DNA of 64,000 nt from the human T2T-CHM13v2.0 reference genome, Homo sapiens. Position numbers and translations under genes: made by a program. This document shows, piece by piece, positions 28,836 to 43,659 of the stretch. A model generated the notes under the pieces. That model was given only the letters and a program-made list of their open reading frames with translations. It searched no databases and had not been told where the DNA came from. The DNA lies in assembly GCF_009914755.1 (NCBI RefSeq), contig NC_060926.1; one strand, 5' to 3'. Position 1 is the first letter of the stretch. Each line of letters begins with the position of its first letter.

Positions 28836-28978
28836 GAGGGAGGGAGGGAAGGAGGGAGGGAAAGAAGGAAGGGAGGGAGGGAAAGAAGGATGGATGGATG
28901 GATGGATGGATGGATGGATGGATGGAAGGAAGAGAGGGAGGGAGGGAGGGAGGGAGGAAGGGAGGGAGGGAGGGAGGG
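28836..28978. repeat. Compound microsatellite (GGAG/GGAA)n(GGAT)n(GGAG)n
   Basis: Directly visible. Confidence 0.95.
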
Positions 28979-28979
28979 T

Positions 28980-29392
28980 CTATGAAGAGTTTGTTTTTCC
29001 CTGCAAATTCATATGTTAAAGTCCTAAATGCCAGTACCTTAAAATGTGGCCTTATTAGGAAGTAAGGTTTTTACAGAAGTAATCAAGTTAAAATGAAGTC
29101 ATTCAAGAGGGTCCTAATCTGATAGAAGTGATATCCTTATAAGAAGAAAAAATATGGATATAGAGATACACATAGAGGGGAAGTCAACGAGAAGAGACAA
29201 GGGGGGAAGATGGCCAACTGCAATCCAAGGAGAGAGGCCTGGGAGAGATCCTTCCCTTATAGCCCTCACAAGGAACCACACTGCTGACATCTTGATTTTG
29301 GACTACCAGCCTCCTGAACTGTAAGACAATAAATTTCTGTTATTTAAGCCACTCTGCTTGTTTTGGTATGGTAGCCCTAGCAAACTAATACA
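28980..29392 (+). mobile_element. MLT1B-like MaLR solo LTR
   Basis: aaattcatatgttaaagtcctaa...gacaataaatttctgttatttaagccac...gcaaactaataca. Confidence 0.85.
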
Positions 29393-29437
29393 AGAAAAAA
29401 AAAAAAAAAAAAGAAAGAAAGATCATTTGAAAACTGC

Positions 29438-29878
29438 TGAGTAGTCTCCTGGGGTTGCTGTAACAAATTACCACTAATTAGGTGGCTAACAATAAAAATG
29501 TATTCTTTCACAGTACTAGAGGTCAGAAATGTTAGAGCAAGGTGTTAGCAGAGCCATATTCCCTCCAGACGCTCCTGGAGAGACTCCTTTCCTTTCCCTT
29601 TCTTGTTTCTGGTGCGTGTCAGCTTTCTTGGCTTACGGTCACATTGCTGTGAGCTCAGGCTCTGTCTCTACATCACCTTCTCCTTTGTGTTTGATTTTTC
29701 CTCATATAAGAACCCCTGTCACTGGATTTAGGGCCCACCCAGATAATCCAAGATTATCTCCTCACCTCAAAATCCTTAATTACATCTGCAAAGACCTCTT
29801 TTTGAAATAAAGTAAAATTCATAGCTTCTGGGGATTACGACATATATACCATGGGGACCCACCATTTAGCTCACTACT
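29438..29878 (-). mobile_element. MLT1C-like MaLR solo LTR
   Basis: gctgtaacaaattaccac...ggatttagggcccacccagataatcc...taattacatctgcaaagacc. Confidence 0.8.
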
Positions 29879-30132
29879 GGTGCTGTTTTTTAAGTGAAGA
29901 TTTAAAAATAAAAGGCAGATTAAAATTATTTACAACTGAATTATTTTAATGTGTTCCAATGGTTCTGTGATGAGCATTTACTCAAACAAGTGTAGGTGAC
30001 AAAGTTTGAGCATCTTGATATATTTGTTTTCTATCTCAAAATGTTCTGACCCATTATGAAATCCCCAGATATTATCTCCCAATATTATCTCCCTTGCCAA
30101 AAGAACTCTTCAACCAATTAAAGGAAATTTCT

Positions 30133-30743
30133 TTTCTTCTTTAAGTTCCAACTTTTATGTTAGATATGGGGACATATGTGTAGGTTTGTTACATTGGTAT
30201 ATTGCACTCAGGTAGTGAGCATAGTACCCAATAGGTAATTTTGCAACCCATGTTTTCCCCCAGTTCTTCTCAGCTTTCGTAATCCACAGTGCCTATAGCT
30301 TCCATGTTTATGTCCATGTCTGCTCAATGTTCACCTCCCACTTATAAGTGAAAACATATATTATTTGGTTTTCTATTCCTACTTAATTCACTTAGGATTA
30401 TGACCTCCAGCTTCATTCATATTGCTGCAAAGGACATGATTTTATTCCTCTTTATAGCTGCATAGTATTCCATAGTGTATATGTACCACATTTTTTTTAT
30501 CCATTCCACCATGATGGGCACCTAAGTTGATCCCATCTCTTTGCTACTGTGGATAGTGTGGTGATGAACATACCCACACATGTGTCTTTTTGGTATAACG
30601 ACATCTTTTTCTTTATGTATGTAGTCAGTAATGGGATTATTGGGTGGATGTTAGCTCTGTTTTAAGTTCTTTGAGAAATTCCCAAACTGCTTTTCACAGT
30701 GGCTGAACTAGTTTACATTCCCACCAATGGTGTATTAAGCATC
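30133..30743 (-). mobile_element. 5'-truncated L1PA13-16-type element
   Basis: caggtagtgagcatagtacccaatagg; perfect 13-bp TSD aaaggaaatttct at 30120-30132 and 30744-30756. Confidence 0.9.
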
Positions 30744-32304
30744 AAAGGAAATTTCTGACTGTTAATACATTTTGCAGTCATGTAAGTATGGGCATGTTCA
30801 TCTGTGGGTTGACTCTGTGGAATTATAGACACATTACTTACAGCCTTGTCCTGATTTCTATGACAGAAAAATATAATGACCTCCACTTAACTTTAAGAGT
30901 TGTCATTTGAAATATATTTCATTAAATTATAAAAGAAAGCATTAATTAATAGAATATTTAAAATTGTCTTTAAGTGAATTAATAACAACAAACCTCAGGC
31001 AAGTTTGTAAATTAATCTAATTATGACAAATTTTGTCTATGAATAGATTATTATAATTTTCCCTGTGGTAGCCATGTCCCTTTTTTGTGAGTGTAAACAA
31101 ACTTGCGAAATACACAAAATGACAGTAGCTTGCATTGATACCAGAGACTCACATATTTTCAAAGTTTAGGATACGTAGACAACTGATTTGTCCACTGGAC
31201 AAAATTTATTCCAAATATCAGCCAGACTGTATGTTCCCTCCATTTTTAACTAAATGTACTACTTGTTTAACTGACATGTTTTTGCACTTTAGTAAGAAAG
31301 ATAATGCTAACACTTTAAAAATACTGTCTAGTTTATATTCTCCATTATACATATTATAAATGAATATGCTGAGTGTTCATGAAATGAAATGCTCAGGGTC
31401 CACATAATTGGCAAGTACCAATTTACTTGGCCTGGGAGATCTACGGACTGCAAGAGGAATCTGTGAATGGTATTTATAATATGTGAATGGGGTGTATTTT
31501 TTAGGGTTCTATAGTTCACCTAAAATTATTTTTAAAATGTGTTTTAAAACGAATATGTGAATTTTCCAAACGCAGATATTCCTGGCCAGGGCTTTTGTTG
31601 GATTTGTAACGAGTTTGTGATTCAAAAAATTCCCCAAAACTCCAGCCTAAGCTTCCTGTCTACTAGAGTAATGCACTGAAAACATTAATCTGTTCTTTAT
31701 ACAAAACTAAACAAGACCCTTTAGAAAGAGAATATTTGTTCATATATCTTGGAAGATTGCTATTTGCAAATTTTCATGCTTGGTCATGAATCACCTTTAA
31801 AATTTGTACTTAGGCAAAGCAATCACCAATCAAAATGCAAGCAGAAAGGCAAGGCTAAAAAGTATGACTCTCAAGCCATTTCAATTCACTTGAAGGTCAT
31901 CAGTTATATGAAATATAAACCTCCCTCTCTGGGACAAAATATTTAACCAACTGTTTGAGTAAGATATGCCTTTGTTCCTGCTGGTTCCGTGAGTAAATAA
32001 CACCAGCCCACATCTGTATGCATTTGGTCTTTTCTAAAATATTTGTGTGCCATTGTGTGGACACATTCTTACTAGACTGCTTTGGGTGTCACGATTCACA
32101 ATTTGATGTGGAACTCAGAGCCAAAAGAGCCCTACGTGATTATTTTAAATGAAAAAATTACATTTAATGCAAATGCCATTCTTTATTATATTTTCTGAGT
32201 TCTAGGTATAAGTCCCTAGATGAAACAGAACTAAAGGCAGCTATAAAATATCTACAGCTCTTTTAATTCGTTAGGAAATTGTCTAGAAACAAAACTCAAT
32301 TTCT

Positions 32305-32622
<318 letters not shown>

Positions 32623-34014
32623 ACAAAATTCAATTTCTAAGCATTTATACCTCAAAATCAAATTAGTCTCCTCTCATTTGTACTTTTAAAGTATTAACAG
32701 GAATTTTATTCACATAGTTCTGTTAGAAGTTGCCAGAATCACTACTAACTACTAGATTTCTGGAGGCTAGTCATTTGATTGCTTCGGGAGATATGGAATT
32801 ACCTAACACTGGAAAAGAAAGAAAATGAAGATTATATCAAAACTGCAGCATGGAACTCTATCAGAATTTTATAGCAGAAATGAAAGGAAGTTTGTCCCAA
32901 CACCCTTCCAGCAGAAGACATATGATAAGTTAGATTCATCCTCTTTACCAGGGACCGGGGTATATAAATGAAAAGAAAACAGAGTAGTCATAAGTCAACA
33001 GACCTGTCAACAAATCTGTGAGAATTACCTATGACTGCATAAAAGGGAAAAAAAGTTAAAATCAAATTAAGTCAAATGTGATGGATACAAACTAAGGAAC
33101 AGAAGTTAGAAGGAATGAACTGTATATGTAGATGCAATATAAGTATATCACAGAAAAAAAAATAGTGATGGATGAAAATATATTTAAAGATACCTACCTA
33201 CGGAAACATTTATTGAAGTGGCAACCTATGAAGCAAAAGAAAATGGTGGAGACTGAGAATAAAAGGAAAAAGACAATAGCTAGGTGCAAGCTAGACAGAT
33301 GACACATAGACAACAATCAGGGAGAGACTTTTTTTAAAAAGCACATTGGCAATGTCTCAAAACCAGAAATATATGGATAACCTTCTACGTGAGCTCTGCA
33401 AAGAATGGTAACATTCTAATACAAAAGGAATGGAACTGCCAAGGGAGACACAAAGAAGAAGGGAGGTAAAGAATAAATTCTGTAATTCTTTTTTGCTTCT
33501 AAGGTCACTTACAAGGGCCATGGGAGGAACCTAAAATAGAGGTAAAATGATATATTCAGCAACTGTGAAGTAAAAACATTGCTTTTAGTAAATGATCTGT
33601 TATGAGAGATGACACATTGAGTGAGTTAATTACAAAAACTCCTTAATACTTTGCATGTATTAGATAAGATATATATATAGAGAGAGACAGAGAGAAGAAA
33701 GTGGAGCCCCAATTATGAAATAAATTCAGATAAGCCTGAAAGACATATTTACAGCAATGTAACTCCCTACAATCAAGAATATCTTCAAGAGCTCCAGATT
33801 ATTGCAAACTAAGTATCTGAACAAAACTGGGGCCTGGCAAACTGAATAGAGATACAATTTCAACCCCAGCTCCTCAGGAATAAAAATAGACACAAAATAG
33901 ACTGACTCTTAGTTCAAGCAAACAAGTAAGAAAATGCTTTCTGATTAATTTATTGTCTTGAGGATTGTGATCAAATCAGTTAAAATTAAACCTACATAAT
34001 ATAAGTTTAAGATG

Positions 34015-35392
34015 TACACACCCCTACAACCATCTGATCTTTGACAAAGTTGACGAAAATAAATAATGAGGAAAGAACTCCCTATTCAATAAATGATGCT
34101 GGGATAACTGGCTATCCCTATGTAGAAAAATTAAATGGGACCTCCTGTCTTTCACCATACACACACACACACACACACAAAAAACCTCAAGATGGATTAG
34201 AGATTAAATACAAGGCCTTAAACTATACAAATCCTAGGGGAAAAAAAAAACAGGAATTACTCTTTGTGACATCAGCATTGGCAAAGAATTGGTGGCTAAG
34301 TTCTCAAAAGCAACTGCAACAAAAGCAAAAATTGACAAGTGGGACCTAATTAAAGAGCTTCTGCACAGGAAAAGAAACTATCAACAGAGTAAACAGACGA
34401 CCTACCAAATGTCAGAAAATATCCCAAACTATGCATCCGACAAAGGTCTAAAATCCAGAATCTATAAGGAGCTTAAACAAATCAACAATCAAAACCCAAA
34501 TAACTCCACTAAAAATAAGCAAAGAACATAAACACACATTTCTCAAAAGAAGGCATACATGTGGCCAACAAACATATGAACAAATGCCAAATGCTCATCA
34601 TCACTAATCATCAGAAAAATGCAAATCAAAGCCACAATGAGATACCGTCTCACACCAGTCAGAATGGCTATTATTAAAAAGTCAAAAAATAACAGATTCT
34701 GGCAAGGCTGCAGAGAAAGAGGAATGTTTCTACACTGCTGGTGAGAATGTAAAGTAGTTCAGCCACTGTGGGAAACAGTTTCGAGATTTCTCAAATAACT
34801 TAAAATAGAACTACCACATGACCCAGCAATCTTATTACTGGATATATACCCAAAGGAAAATAAAGCATTCTACAAAAAAGACACACACAGCCTAATATTC
34901 ATCACAGCGCTATTCACAATAGTGCTATTCACAATAGGAAAGACATGGAATCAATCTAGATACCCATCAACAGTGAATTGGATAAAGAAAATGTGGTACA
35001 TATACACCATGGAATACTATGCAGCCATAAAAAGAATGAAATCATATCCTTTGAAGCAACATGGATAGAGCTGGAGGCCATAATCCTAAGGGAATTAACA
35101 CAGGAACAGAAAACTGAATACTGCATGTTCTTACTTATAAGTAGGAGTTAAACGTTAAGCACACACGGACATAGATGGGAATAACAGACACTGGGGGCTA
35201 GTACAGGAGGAAGGGAGGGAGTAGGGGGAAAGGGCTGAAAAACTACCTATTGGGTGCTATGATCACTACCTGGGTGACAGGATCATCCATACCCAATATC
35301 TCAGCATCATGTAATATTCCTATGTAACAAAACTGCACATGTACCCCCTGACTCTAAAATAAAAGTCAAAATTATTTAAATAAATAAACAAA
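34015..35392 (+). mobile_element. 5'-truncated L1PA16-type element (late ORF2 and 3'UTR)
   Basis: [16 protein letters not shown]; 3'UTR gggctgaaaaactacctattggg...cactacctgggtgacaggatcatccatacc. Confidence 0.9.
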
Positions 35393-36013
35393 ACTCAACT
35401 CTTTTTTCAATTTAATTCCCATCCTGTCATTGGAAAAATGTGGTTAACAATTTTTCAGAAGGGTTCTATGGAGCAGAGAATATTTACAATTATTTTAGGG
35501 AAAAGGACAACTCTCTGCCTAAATACAGCTGTTCTAGAGTATAACATATTATTAAGAACTATTTTAGGAGTAGAAGAAAAGACCCTTGCAGTGCCTGCTG
35601 CTAACTGGTATGCATTCCAAGTTAATTAAGTGGAGAAGCAGATCTACCAGATTTATGGAAATATCCCAGGGATAAACCATAATAACAACATGCACACGCA
35701 CAAACACAGAGCCTGATAAAACTCTTCCATGGTTCAGTTGATAACGGAGGCATTCAGAATGCCCAAGTTAATATAAGACAGTAGCCTAAATCTTTAAAAA
35801 TAAAATGGAAAGAAAGAAAGTGAAAGGGAAAGTACAGATTCTGATGACAGAGTTGGGAAGTAAAGCAGGAATTTAAAATATGAATTTGCATTGATAGCAG
35901 GGATAAGAATGAAGTGACACAGAAAGTATTGAACCTACTCATCAGATCTACCATTTGACTTTTGTGCTGGGCACTTTCGTTTTCTACTCACCAGAGATAA
36001 AGAAATTACCAAT

Positions 36014-36664
36014 TATGGCAGACAGAATTCTAAAAGTGAGCCCCCAAGATTTCCTGCCCTAATCTCCAGGAAATATGCTGAGATGCCTCACCGTGAGTAT
36101 GTCACTTTACACAGCCAAGGATATAATTAAGTTACTAATCAGTTGACCTGAAAATAGGGAAATTACATGGATTATTACATGTAATATGTAAATTACATAT
36201 ATTATACAAATATAATCACATGAGTCCTTTAAATTCAGACTTTTTTCTGGCTGGTGGCATAAAATTAAGTCAGAGAGATTCGAAATACAAGCAGGATTTG
36301 ACAAGCTATTGATGCCTGGAAGACGGACGGGTCCCCATGGCAAGAAATACAGGTAGCCTCTAGAAACTGAGAGCACCTACAACTGACAGCCAGCAAGCAA
36401 ATGGGAACCTCTGTCTTACCACCCCAAAGAAATTAATTCTTCCAACAACCAGAAGGAGCTGAGAAGGGAATTCTTTCTCAGAGCCTCCGAATAAAAACTC
36501 AGGCTGGTTTATACCTTTATTTCAGCCTTATGATTCCCTGAGCATAGACCCAGCCAAGCCCATCTGTACTTCTGAACCTTAGAACTATGAGCTAATAATT
36601 CGATTTTGTTTTAAGTCATTAAGTTTGTGGTACTTTTAAAATGCAGCAATAGAAAACTAGTACA
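36014..36664 (+). mobile_element. MLT1E/F-like MaLR solo LTR
   Basis: tatggcagacagaattctaa...ctgacagccagcaag...gcagcaatagaaaactagtaca. Confidence 0.8.
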
Positions 36665-37061
36665 CCATGATTATATCACCGCAGTCTTACTGTGGAATTT
36701 TTTCAGGCAATATAGTAGCATACATCTGTGTCTCATGAGTAAAAGGAGAGTTACATATCAAATGAATAATTTTAGTTATCATTTTGAGTACAAAGGACAC
36801 GATGGTCCCGGCCAGTTCAGTGGTGGAACTGTTAAATAATGCCTTATAGTATTCTTATGAGAATAGAGTATTCTTATGAAAAACAATGAAAACTGACCAG
36901 TTTTCAATGACTATCAATGTAAAAGTCCCTCAAAGTGGCTAAATTATATATTTCTTCCATTGAATTTTGCTAAAGATAACCATTTTGATGCCAGTTAATT
37001 TTTAAATTAATTCAAAAATAATTAAAAATATTTATTAGATATATCAATAAGTTTCATCAAA

Positions 37062-37205
37062 AGCAGCATAGTGTGGTAGGAAGCACATTTGAGTATAAGT
37101 AGATACCAGTTTTGGTGCTAATTATGTAAGTAAGCAACTTATGTGATCTTAGAGAAGGCATCTAACATTTTGACCTCAGTTTTCTTATTTCTATAGTAAG
37201 TGTAA
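37062..37205 (+). mobile_element. MIR fragment
   Basis: gcagcatagtgtggtaggaagcaca...tgtgatctt...gacctcagttttctt. Confidence 0.6.
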
Positions 37206-40200
37206 ACTAAATTTGCTTCTCAGGTACCTATGAGTTAAATTTTAATATTTATATTAGAAAAAAACAGGCTAACAGGTAAGATATATTATTGAAAACAAGA
37301 AAATATCAGAAAAATTAAATATATTACTGTAGAAGACTTAACATGTATATTTGAGCAACTTTTCAAAATAAAACACTGTAATAACTGTTTTGAGAAAATC
37401 AGATCATTAAGAAAGCTTAGTGACAACATTTAAAATATGATTTTATAGAATCATTGGAACTCCTTGCACATTTTCAATTTCAGGTGAAATATTTATGGGA
37501 AACAATAAGAATGTAGGAACATGAGGTAGAGTGAAAGGAAGGAAAAGAATCAAAGGGGGAAATAAGACCCTACTTTGAGATTATCTAAGATCTCAAATCA
37601 GAGAAGACCAGTTCAGAAGGGGAACGAGAAGAAAATCCTAGGGGAGGGATGAGAAAGAATTTAGGATAAAACACTGAATTAAAAGCAGGAAGGATGAGAA
37701 TATTTTCTATACAAGAGAATGAGATATCAGAAAATAGGAAAGGCTTGTTGGGATATAAATAATAGTCTAGATTACCATCCTCAGGAAAGGATTTTCCAGA
37801 CTTCAATGGGCAATGAGAACCTTATCTTTTATAACTCTATCTCTCCTAGGCCAACCATCTAGAAAATATTGACATCGACAGATTTCCTTGAGCAAATAAC
37901 AACTACCATAGATCTGTCAACCTGGTGCTAGGATTCAGACAAAAAAATTTAAAAATGAAGTGCTTCTGAGGGAGCTTCCTGGAAAGAATGAATTTCTCAG
38001 AAGAATAAATGTCAATCACCTGCTATTGGCAGGGTCTGCCTATTTTGGAGAGCACTCTGACGTCTGTCAAAAGTTCTGACATTAACCTCTCTTTTTCCAA
38101 TGGGAGGAAGAATATCTGTTGCCCTGCCACTCCTGAAAGTCCTGCCTCAATGACAGGGGTCATAAGAAGGAGGCTGCTGCTTCATACAAACATCTTTTAC
38201 CAATAAGAACCCCAAAGAAAGAAAAGGGTTGACAGACGACAGCCTCTGATCCTGATTTAGAGAAGAGCAGAGTATACATTTCTAGGGGATACAATTTGCT
38301 AATTTCCTCCTGCTGGACATTACTGATTAACATGATAGAAGAAATAGCCTCAAAAAAATGTGATATGTTGTGTTCATACCTATTACACAGATTAGTCAAC
38401 ACAGCAGCATGTAGAAAGGTAATAAAGAAACATACATTATTAACATTTCTACATTGTAAAAAAAAATTTCTGCAAGTCTGGAATTTCCCAGTAACCTCAG
38501 GAAATTTAATGGTTTTTTTTAACAGGATTAAGTGCAGACACGGCATTCACCTAAATATAAAATTTAGATTTAACAACTGTTCAAAAGTGGGGTCACAGAA
38601 AGTAAATGCTATCCATTTTGTAATAATATGACAAAAATTTTTCAGAAGAAGGGGGAGGCAAATAAGGATAAGAATATAGTAAGAACATTAATTGTATTTC
38701 CTTAGGATGGCATCAATAGATGAAGTTTAATGCAGATACATTAATAAACAGGATTTAAAGTTTATTATGTAAGGTCATAAAGAGAACTTCAAGAAGGACT
38801 AAAAATGCGAAGACAACAATGAAATCTGGAAGATAGAAAGATGGAATAAAATATGTGTGTTCCTTACTTCATTTTTTAAAGGAATGTATAAGTACATGCA
38901 AAATGTTTATATGATACTTTCTACTGTTTTTTAACCCCTTCCTTAAAAATAAAATACTGATATGACTCTTTATAAAAGGCTAAGAAATAAGTATTACATT
39001 GTTTATATACAATTTTGTCAATACTGTTCCTAAGAATAAGATTAATTTTGAAGAAAGACTTTGAGGAAAGATGACATAAAATTGACTCTAAACAACCTTC
39101 TTGCACCCTGACTGAACTATTTGAAGAGAAGGAAAATAAAGAGGAAAAAAAGTCTTTTAACAGTCCTAAAAACAAGGGTTGATGCTAGAAGCATACCACA
39201 AACTTAAAAACAAGAAAAATATAAATGAGGAGATGCAATGATGTGGGAGAAGGCAAGAATTCAGGGAAAACTTACTGACGTCCCGGGAGACATGTCCACT
39301 GTGGTCATGAGGGAGCCATTGGAGGGCCCCAACTACCACAATTGAGTTCGCCTTCCCATAGCAAGCGGACCATATTCTAAATTTACAATAGTAGGGATAG
39401 AAAAATGGCTGTGACCATTTCTATCTACAGGACAACTTATAATGAGGAGTACAGGATTACTCTGAGTTTGGGAAACCTCTCTGTGAAAAATGTCGCTAAG
39501 ATAGTTCTAGAAATTAAATATAAACTACCTAATGGCCTTGCCTCTTGTTAGAAGCCCTATGGAAACAAAATTTGGTTTTTTACTGGTGTGTGTGGAGGGA
39601 ATTAAAGATGCAAGCTTAATTGGATCAGTTATATTAGTTTTAAATATTTGCCTACACGTGATAAAACGCTACTCCTTTGTTCCAACATAAAGTCAGAAAA
39701 CAGGTACTTCATGGTCAGTGATGCTCTCTGAGTAGGTGATGAAGCTCCTTGCTGCTCTGCCAAACTGAGTGCATGGTTTTCATCCTCATGATCTAAGATG
39801 GTAGATCTGCTTCCAGTTTCCCTATATATATTCCAACTAAGAAGGAGGAAATGTACACGAACAAAGGGAAAGTCATATCTCCTAAAACTAAGAAAAAAAA
39901 AATCTTAGAAAACCCCAGAATTCTCGGTTTATTTCCTTTTGGCTGTAGTGATAAGGAACCCTGAGACATGGCATTTCTCTTTTTTTTTTTTTTTTTTTTT
40001 TGGTAGGGGAGGGGGAGAGCATGGGAAAGGGGATATATTCCACCCTGATCGACAACTTAAAATCAATATTGTTAGTAAATAAGAGCTGGAGGAAAAGATA
40101 TTTGATAGAAAAATTAGAACTATCTTCTTCAGGCTATCTCTTGCTATACCACAATCAATCATTTACATACTTCCTTTCATTCCCATTCACTCCTTCCCAA

Positions 40201-40734
40201 GCTAGTCTCATCCAGTGACTCTCTCCAGTCAAAGGTTAGTGATTACTGAAGCTCTGTCAGGTCCAGGAATAGCTTCTTAAAGGTCTGAAGACCTGTCAAT
40301 TTAAGCCTTAAAGCTTGTCTGACACCAACACTATTGTCGATGTTATACAATATATAATAGTTTAGAAAAAGCAGGAAATTACAGTTTTAAAAATAATTCC
40401 CATTCAGAAAGGAAGGAATAGGGAATAAACAGCATTGGCTAACTTCTAGAATATATCGAATCCTGAGGGATCAGATGGGGAAGAACTTTCTAATCTGAAA
40501 GTAGAAGATGTTCTTGGGGAATGAAGCTGGCAGTTCCTGGTTCTGCTGAGGGGAAAGATACCTCTTGCCATCTCTGCTATGAACATAGTGGCATCGTGGA
40601 ACATGCCGACTTTCATAGCCCACTTCCCCTTGGTGTTGGTTGGATGTCTCAGGAAATACCCCAAGATTTGAAGAGTCACAAGCTATTTCAGGCAAGGTCA
40701 GGGGTTTCTTCGGCAAAAGAATGGGCTTCTGATG

Positions 40735-40950
40735 ATGTTGTGGTTGAAAACATAGACTTTTGAAGCTGGAGTTACCATATATCAAATCATGGCTCTGCTT
40801 CTTACTCTCTGTAATCTCACTTTATCTCTTACAAAATGAGAGCAACAATAGTAGCCTCCTAAACAGTCAAAGGATTAAATTAATTAATACATGACAAGCA
40901 GTCACAACAGTGCCTGAATTAGAGTGCTATCTAAACTTTAGCTGTTATTT
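40735..40950 (+). mobile_element. MIR
   Basis: caaaatgagagcaacaatagta...aggattaaattaattaatacatg...aacagtgcctg...ttagctgttatt. Confidence 0.65.
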
Positions 40951-41949
40951 TTATTCTAGTTACATTACAACTATCATTATTATTGTATTATGGGTAAATA
41001 ATCACAGAAAATGTTCTGTGACATAGTCTTTAAGATATTTGCCTTTTACATGTTGGTTTAATTTTTTCTGTTCGGCCCTTTGTCCTTTCAGCACAATGCC
41101 ATTGCCTTACGTTAATTTGAAACAACAGGCTGAATGAGGAAAATCTTATGGCAGGCTCACAGTAATTGAATGACAAAATATGTTTAGTGAAATGTACTTA
41201 AGAAAGACTTGGCACCACTATCTCACCTCCTACCTGTATTTCTACTTTGTAAATGCTGATCACAGAATTTAAAAAGGAGTTCTTTCTGAGCTTTCTAAGA
41301 ATCCAAATCATGTAACTTTTGATCAATTTAAATGTCAGGTGAAACATGAAAGCATCTCCTTCCACAATGCAGAAGTTCTTTCTATGTCTGCTTGACAATC
41401 CAATAGTTCTATTCTGACTTTATCCCTTTCTTCCAGAACTTTGCTCATTATATCAAGAAATAACCAGAATTTTATCACATTTTGGTTTTTTCCCACCATT
41501 CACCCCAAAAGCCAAAATCTCTATATACACATTAAATATGCCAAACATTACATCATTAAATGTTTTGATGCCATACAATAAGTTATTCATTTTCCAGCTT
41601 ACAATTTCAAACATATGGAAATTCAGGAAAATAATCTCATCTAGGGCCAAAAAATAGGCAATGGAAGAAAAGCAGATAACAAAATAATTGGAGAAGCCAG
41701 GATAACAAGTGGATCATATACAAAGATGTTGACATTACCCAGGACTATGGATCTCTTGAAAATTACTGGACCCCATATACAAAGAAAAGGAATGTTGAAG
41801 TCTATAACCTTTACAGAGTGTCACATAGCAACAGGAGTGACCCATTCAATCATTAATTCAAATTTCTACTTCTATAATTCTTTTTTTAGTAGTCATATGA
41901 TAGAATACGTCTTCCCAGGATTGGTATTTATTTGGCCTTCGTTACTGAT

Positions 41950-42085
41950 CATAATTTTCTTCTTTCTCTTCTTTCTCTCCTTCCTTTCCTCCTTCCTTTA
42001 TTCATTTTCTTCCTTGTTTCCTTCATGTCCTCCCTTTCAGTCTCCCACTCTTTTCTTCTATCTTTGTGTTTTGCTTTTTCTCTAT
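41950..42085. repeat. CT-rich low-complexity tract
   Basis: Directly visible. Confidence 0.75.
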
Positions 42086-42469
42086 TTTGTTAGGGGGCAT
42101 CAGGTAGAAGGACTCAAAATAAATTAATATCCATAAGCTCGTTCTGAGCAATCCTTACTTCTTCTTCTTCTTCTTCTCAATTTCCCAGGTGCCTTGGTCA
42201 AACCAAAGGTAAAAATTTCTCAGATCTTATATTTCCCAGATGCGACACTTGTTTATATTTGAAAATATTCTGTTTATTTTATACAGACATTTGTTTGATT
42301 CTTTTGCAAATGCCTCTGACAGGATTTAAAAGGAAATCTAAAATACAGCAAAGAAAACATTAAACAAACATAGAAAAATGTGGGGAAAGAAACACAATAA
42401 ATGAATATATCATAGATCCAGAAAGTAAGATGAATTTACTGCGTTAATCCATACCACAGTTATTTATAG

Positions 42470-43000
42470 ATTACCTACAGTGGAGATGGAGTAGAAAACA
42501 AACCAGAAAAAATATCTTTCTTTCATGGAATGTACTTTATGGCAGGGGTAATCTGATCATATAAGGTAGTTATAAGTATAATGAATAAAGCCAAATAATA
42601 TAAAAAATGACAAAGGAAGGCATCATGTTAGACGGAGTTCTCAAATAAGTCTCTTCTGTTGTAAAGTCATTTGAGATGAGACCTGAATGAAGTGAGAAGA
42701 GGTCACCTTTTGGGGAAACAGTGTTCCACGCAGAAGGAGACACATTTGGAAAAGGGCCTGGGATGAGGCCACATTTTGTGTGTTTCCATGGACAGCAAGA
42801 AAGCTAGAGTGAATGTAGCACAGTAAACATGGCATAAGATGAAATGAGAGAAAAAGGCAAGGTCTAATTCACCTTGTAGGCCACCATGAAGATGTTCAGT
42901 TTTGCTGCGAGAACGATAGGAAGCCAAAAAGGTTTGAAACATGGGAAAGACAGGATGTTACTTAAGGTTTTCAAAGTTCATTTTGGATACTGTGTGAAAA
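42470..43000 (-). mobile_element. L2 fragment
   Basis: catttgagatgagacctgaatgaagtgag...ccttgtaggccaccatgaaga. Confidence 0.7.
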
Positions 43001-43659
43001 AAAATAACAGTAGAGGAAGGGTGAATTTGAAATTCATAGCAGCCAATTTAAGAAAGGAAAGCCAAACCAATTTTGTTTTTAATATTGACAAAAAAGATAA
43101 AGATAGACTAAAAGCTCAAGAGAAAGATGGTTTCCTGAGCCTTCAAGCAGACAAGCATGTTTTAGAGGTTCTTATTATGTAAGAACTGTATCTTAAAACA
43201 CAGCTGTATCATTATTTTCTAAATGTCTCTGTGAATTCATTTTGTCTAGGCCTTGAGCTGTTTAGAAGACAGAATATTAAAACTTTTTATCTCTCACCAC
43301 CTCCACCCCTCACCAATTGTTTGGGTTATTTTCACTTTACCAAAATGTTGGAGAGATACATGGATTTTTACTGAAGATTTTCCAGGGGAGACAGAAGATT
43401 TTAGATTATATGCAACATAGCACTAAATCTCATAAATATACATTTAACAAATCTTCCCAGATGCACCAGCACTTAGAATGCCCTCCTTCTATACCATTCC
43501 TGCAAAAAATCTAACATCATTGCCTAATGCTTTGAATTTCCAACAAATTTTATTATGCAGAACAAGTGAACTTGATTCCAGTGCCCTCAAATTGGATAGC
43601 CTCTTATGAGCACCTAGTCAGCAAAAGAACTTTCAGATACCAAAGTGCACTCTCTTTAA

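Noticed and set aside
38009-42127. Several 65-133 aa ORFs in unique DNA
   Set aside because: No domain similarity, low-complexity composition, and no consistent exon structure.
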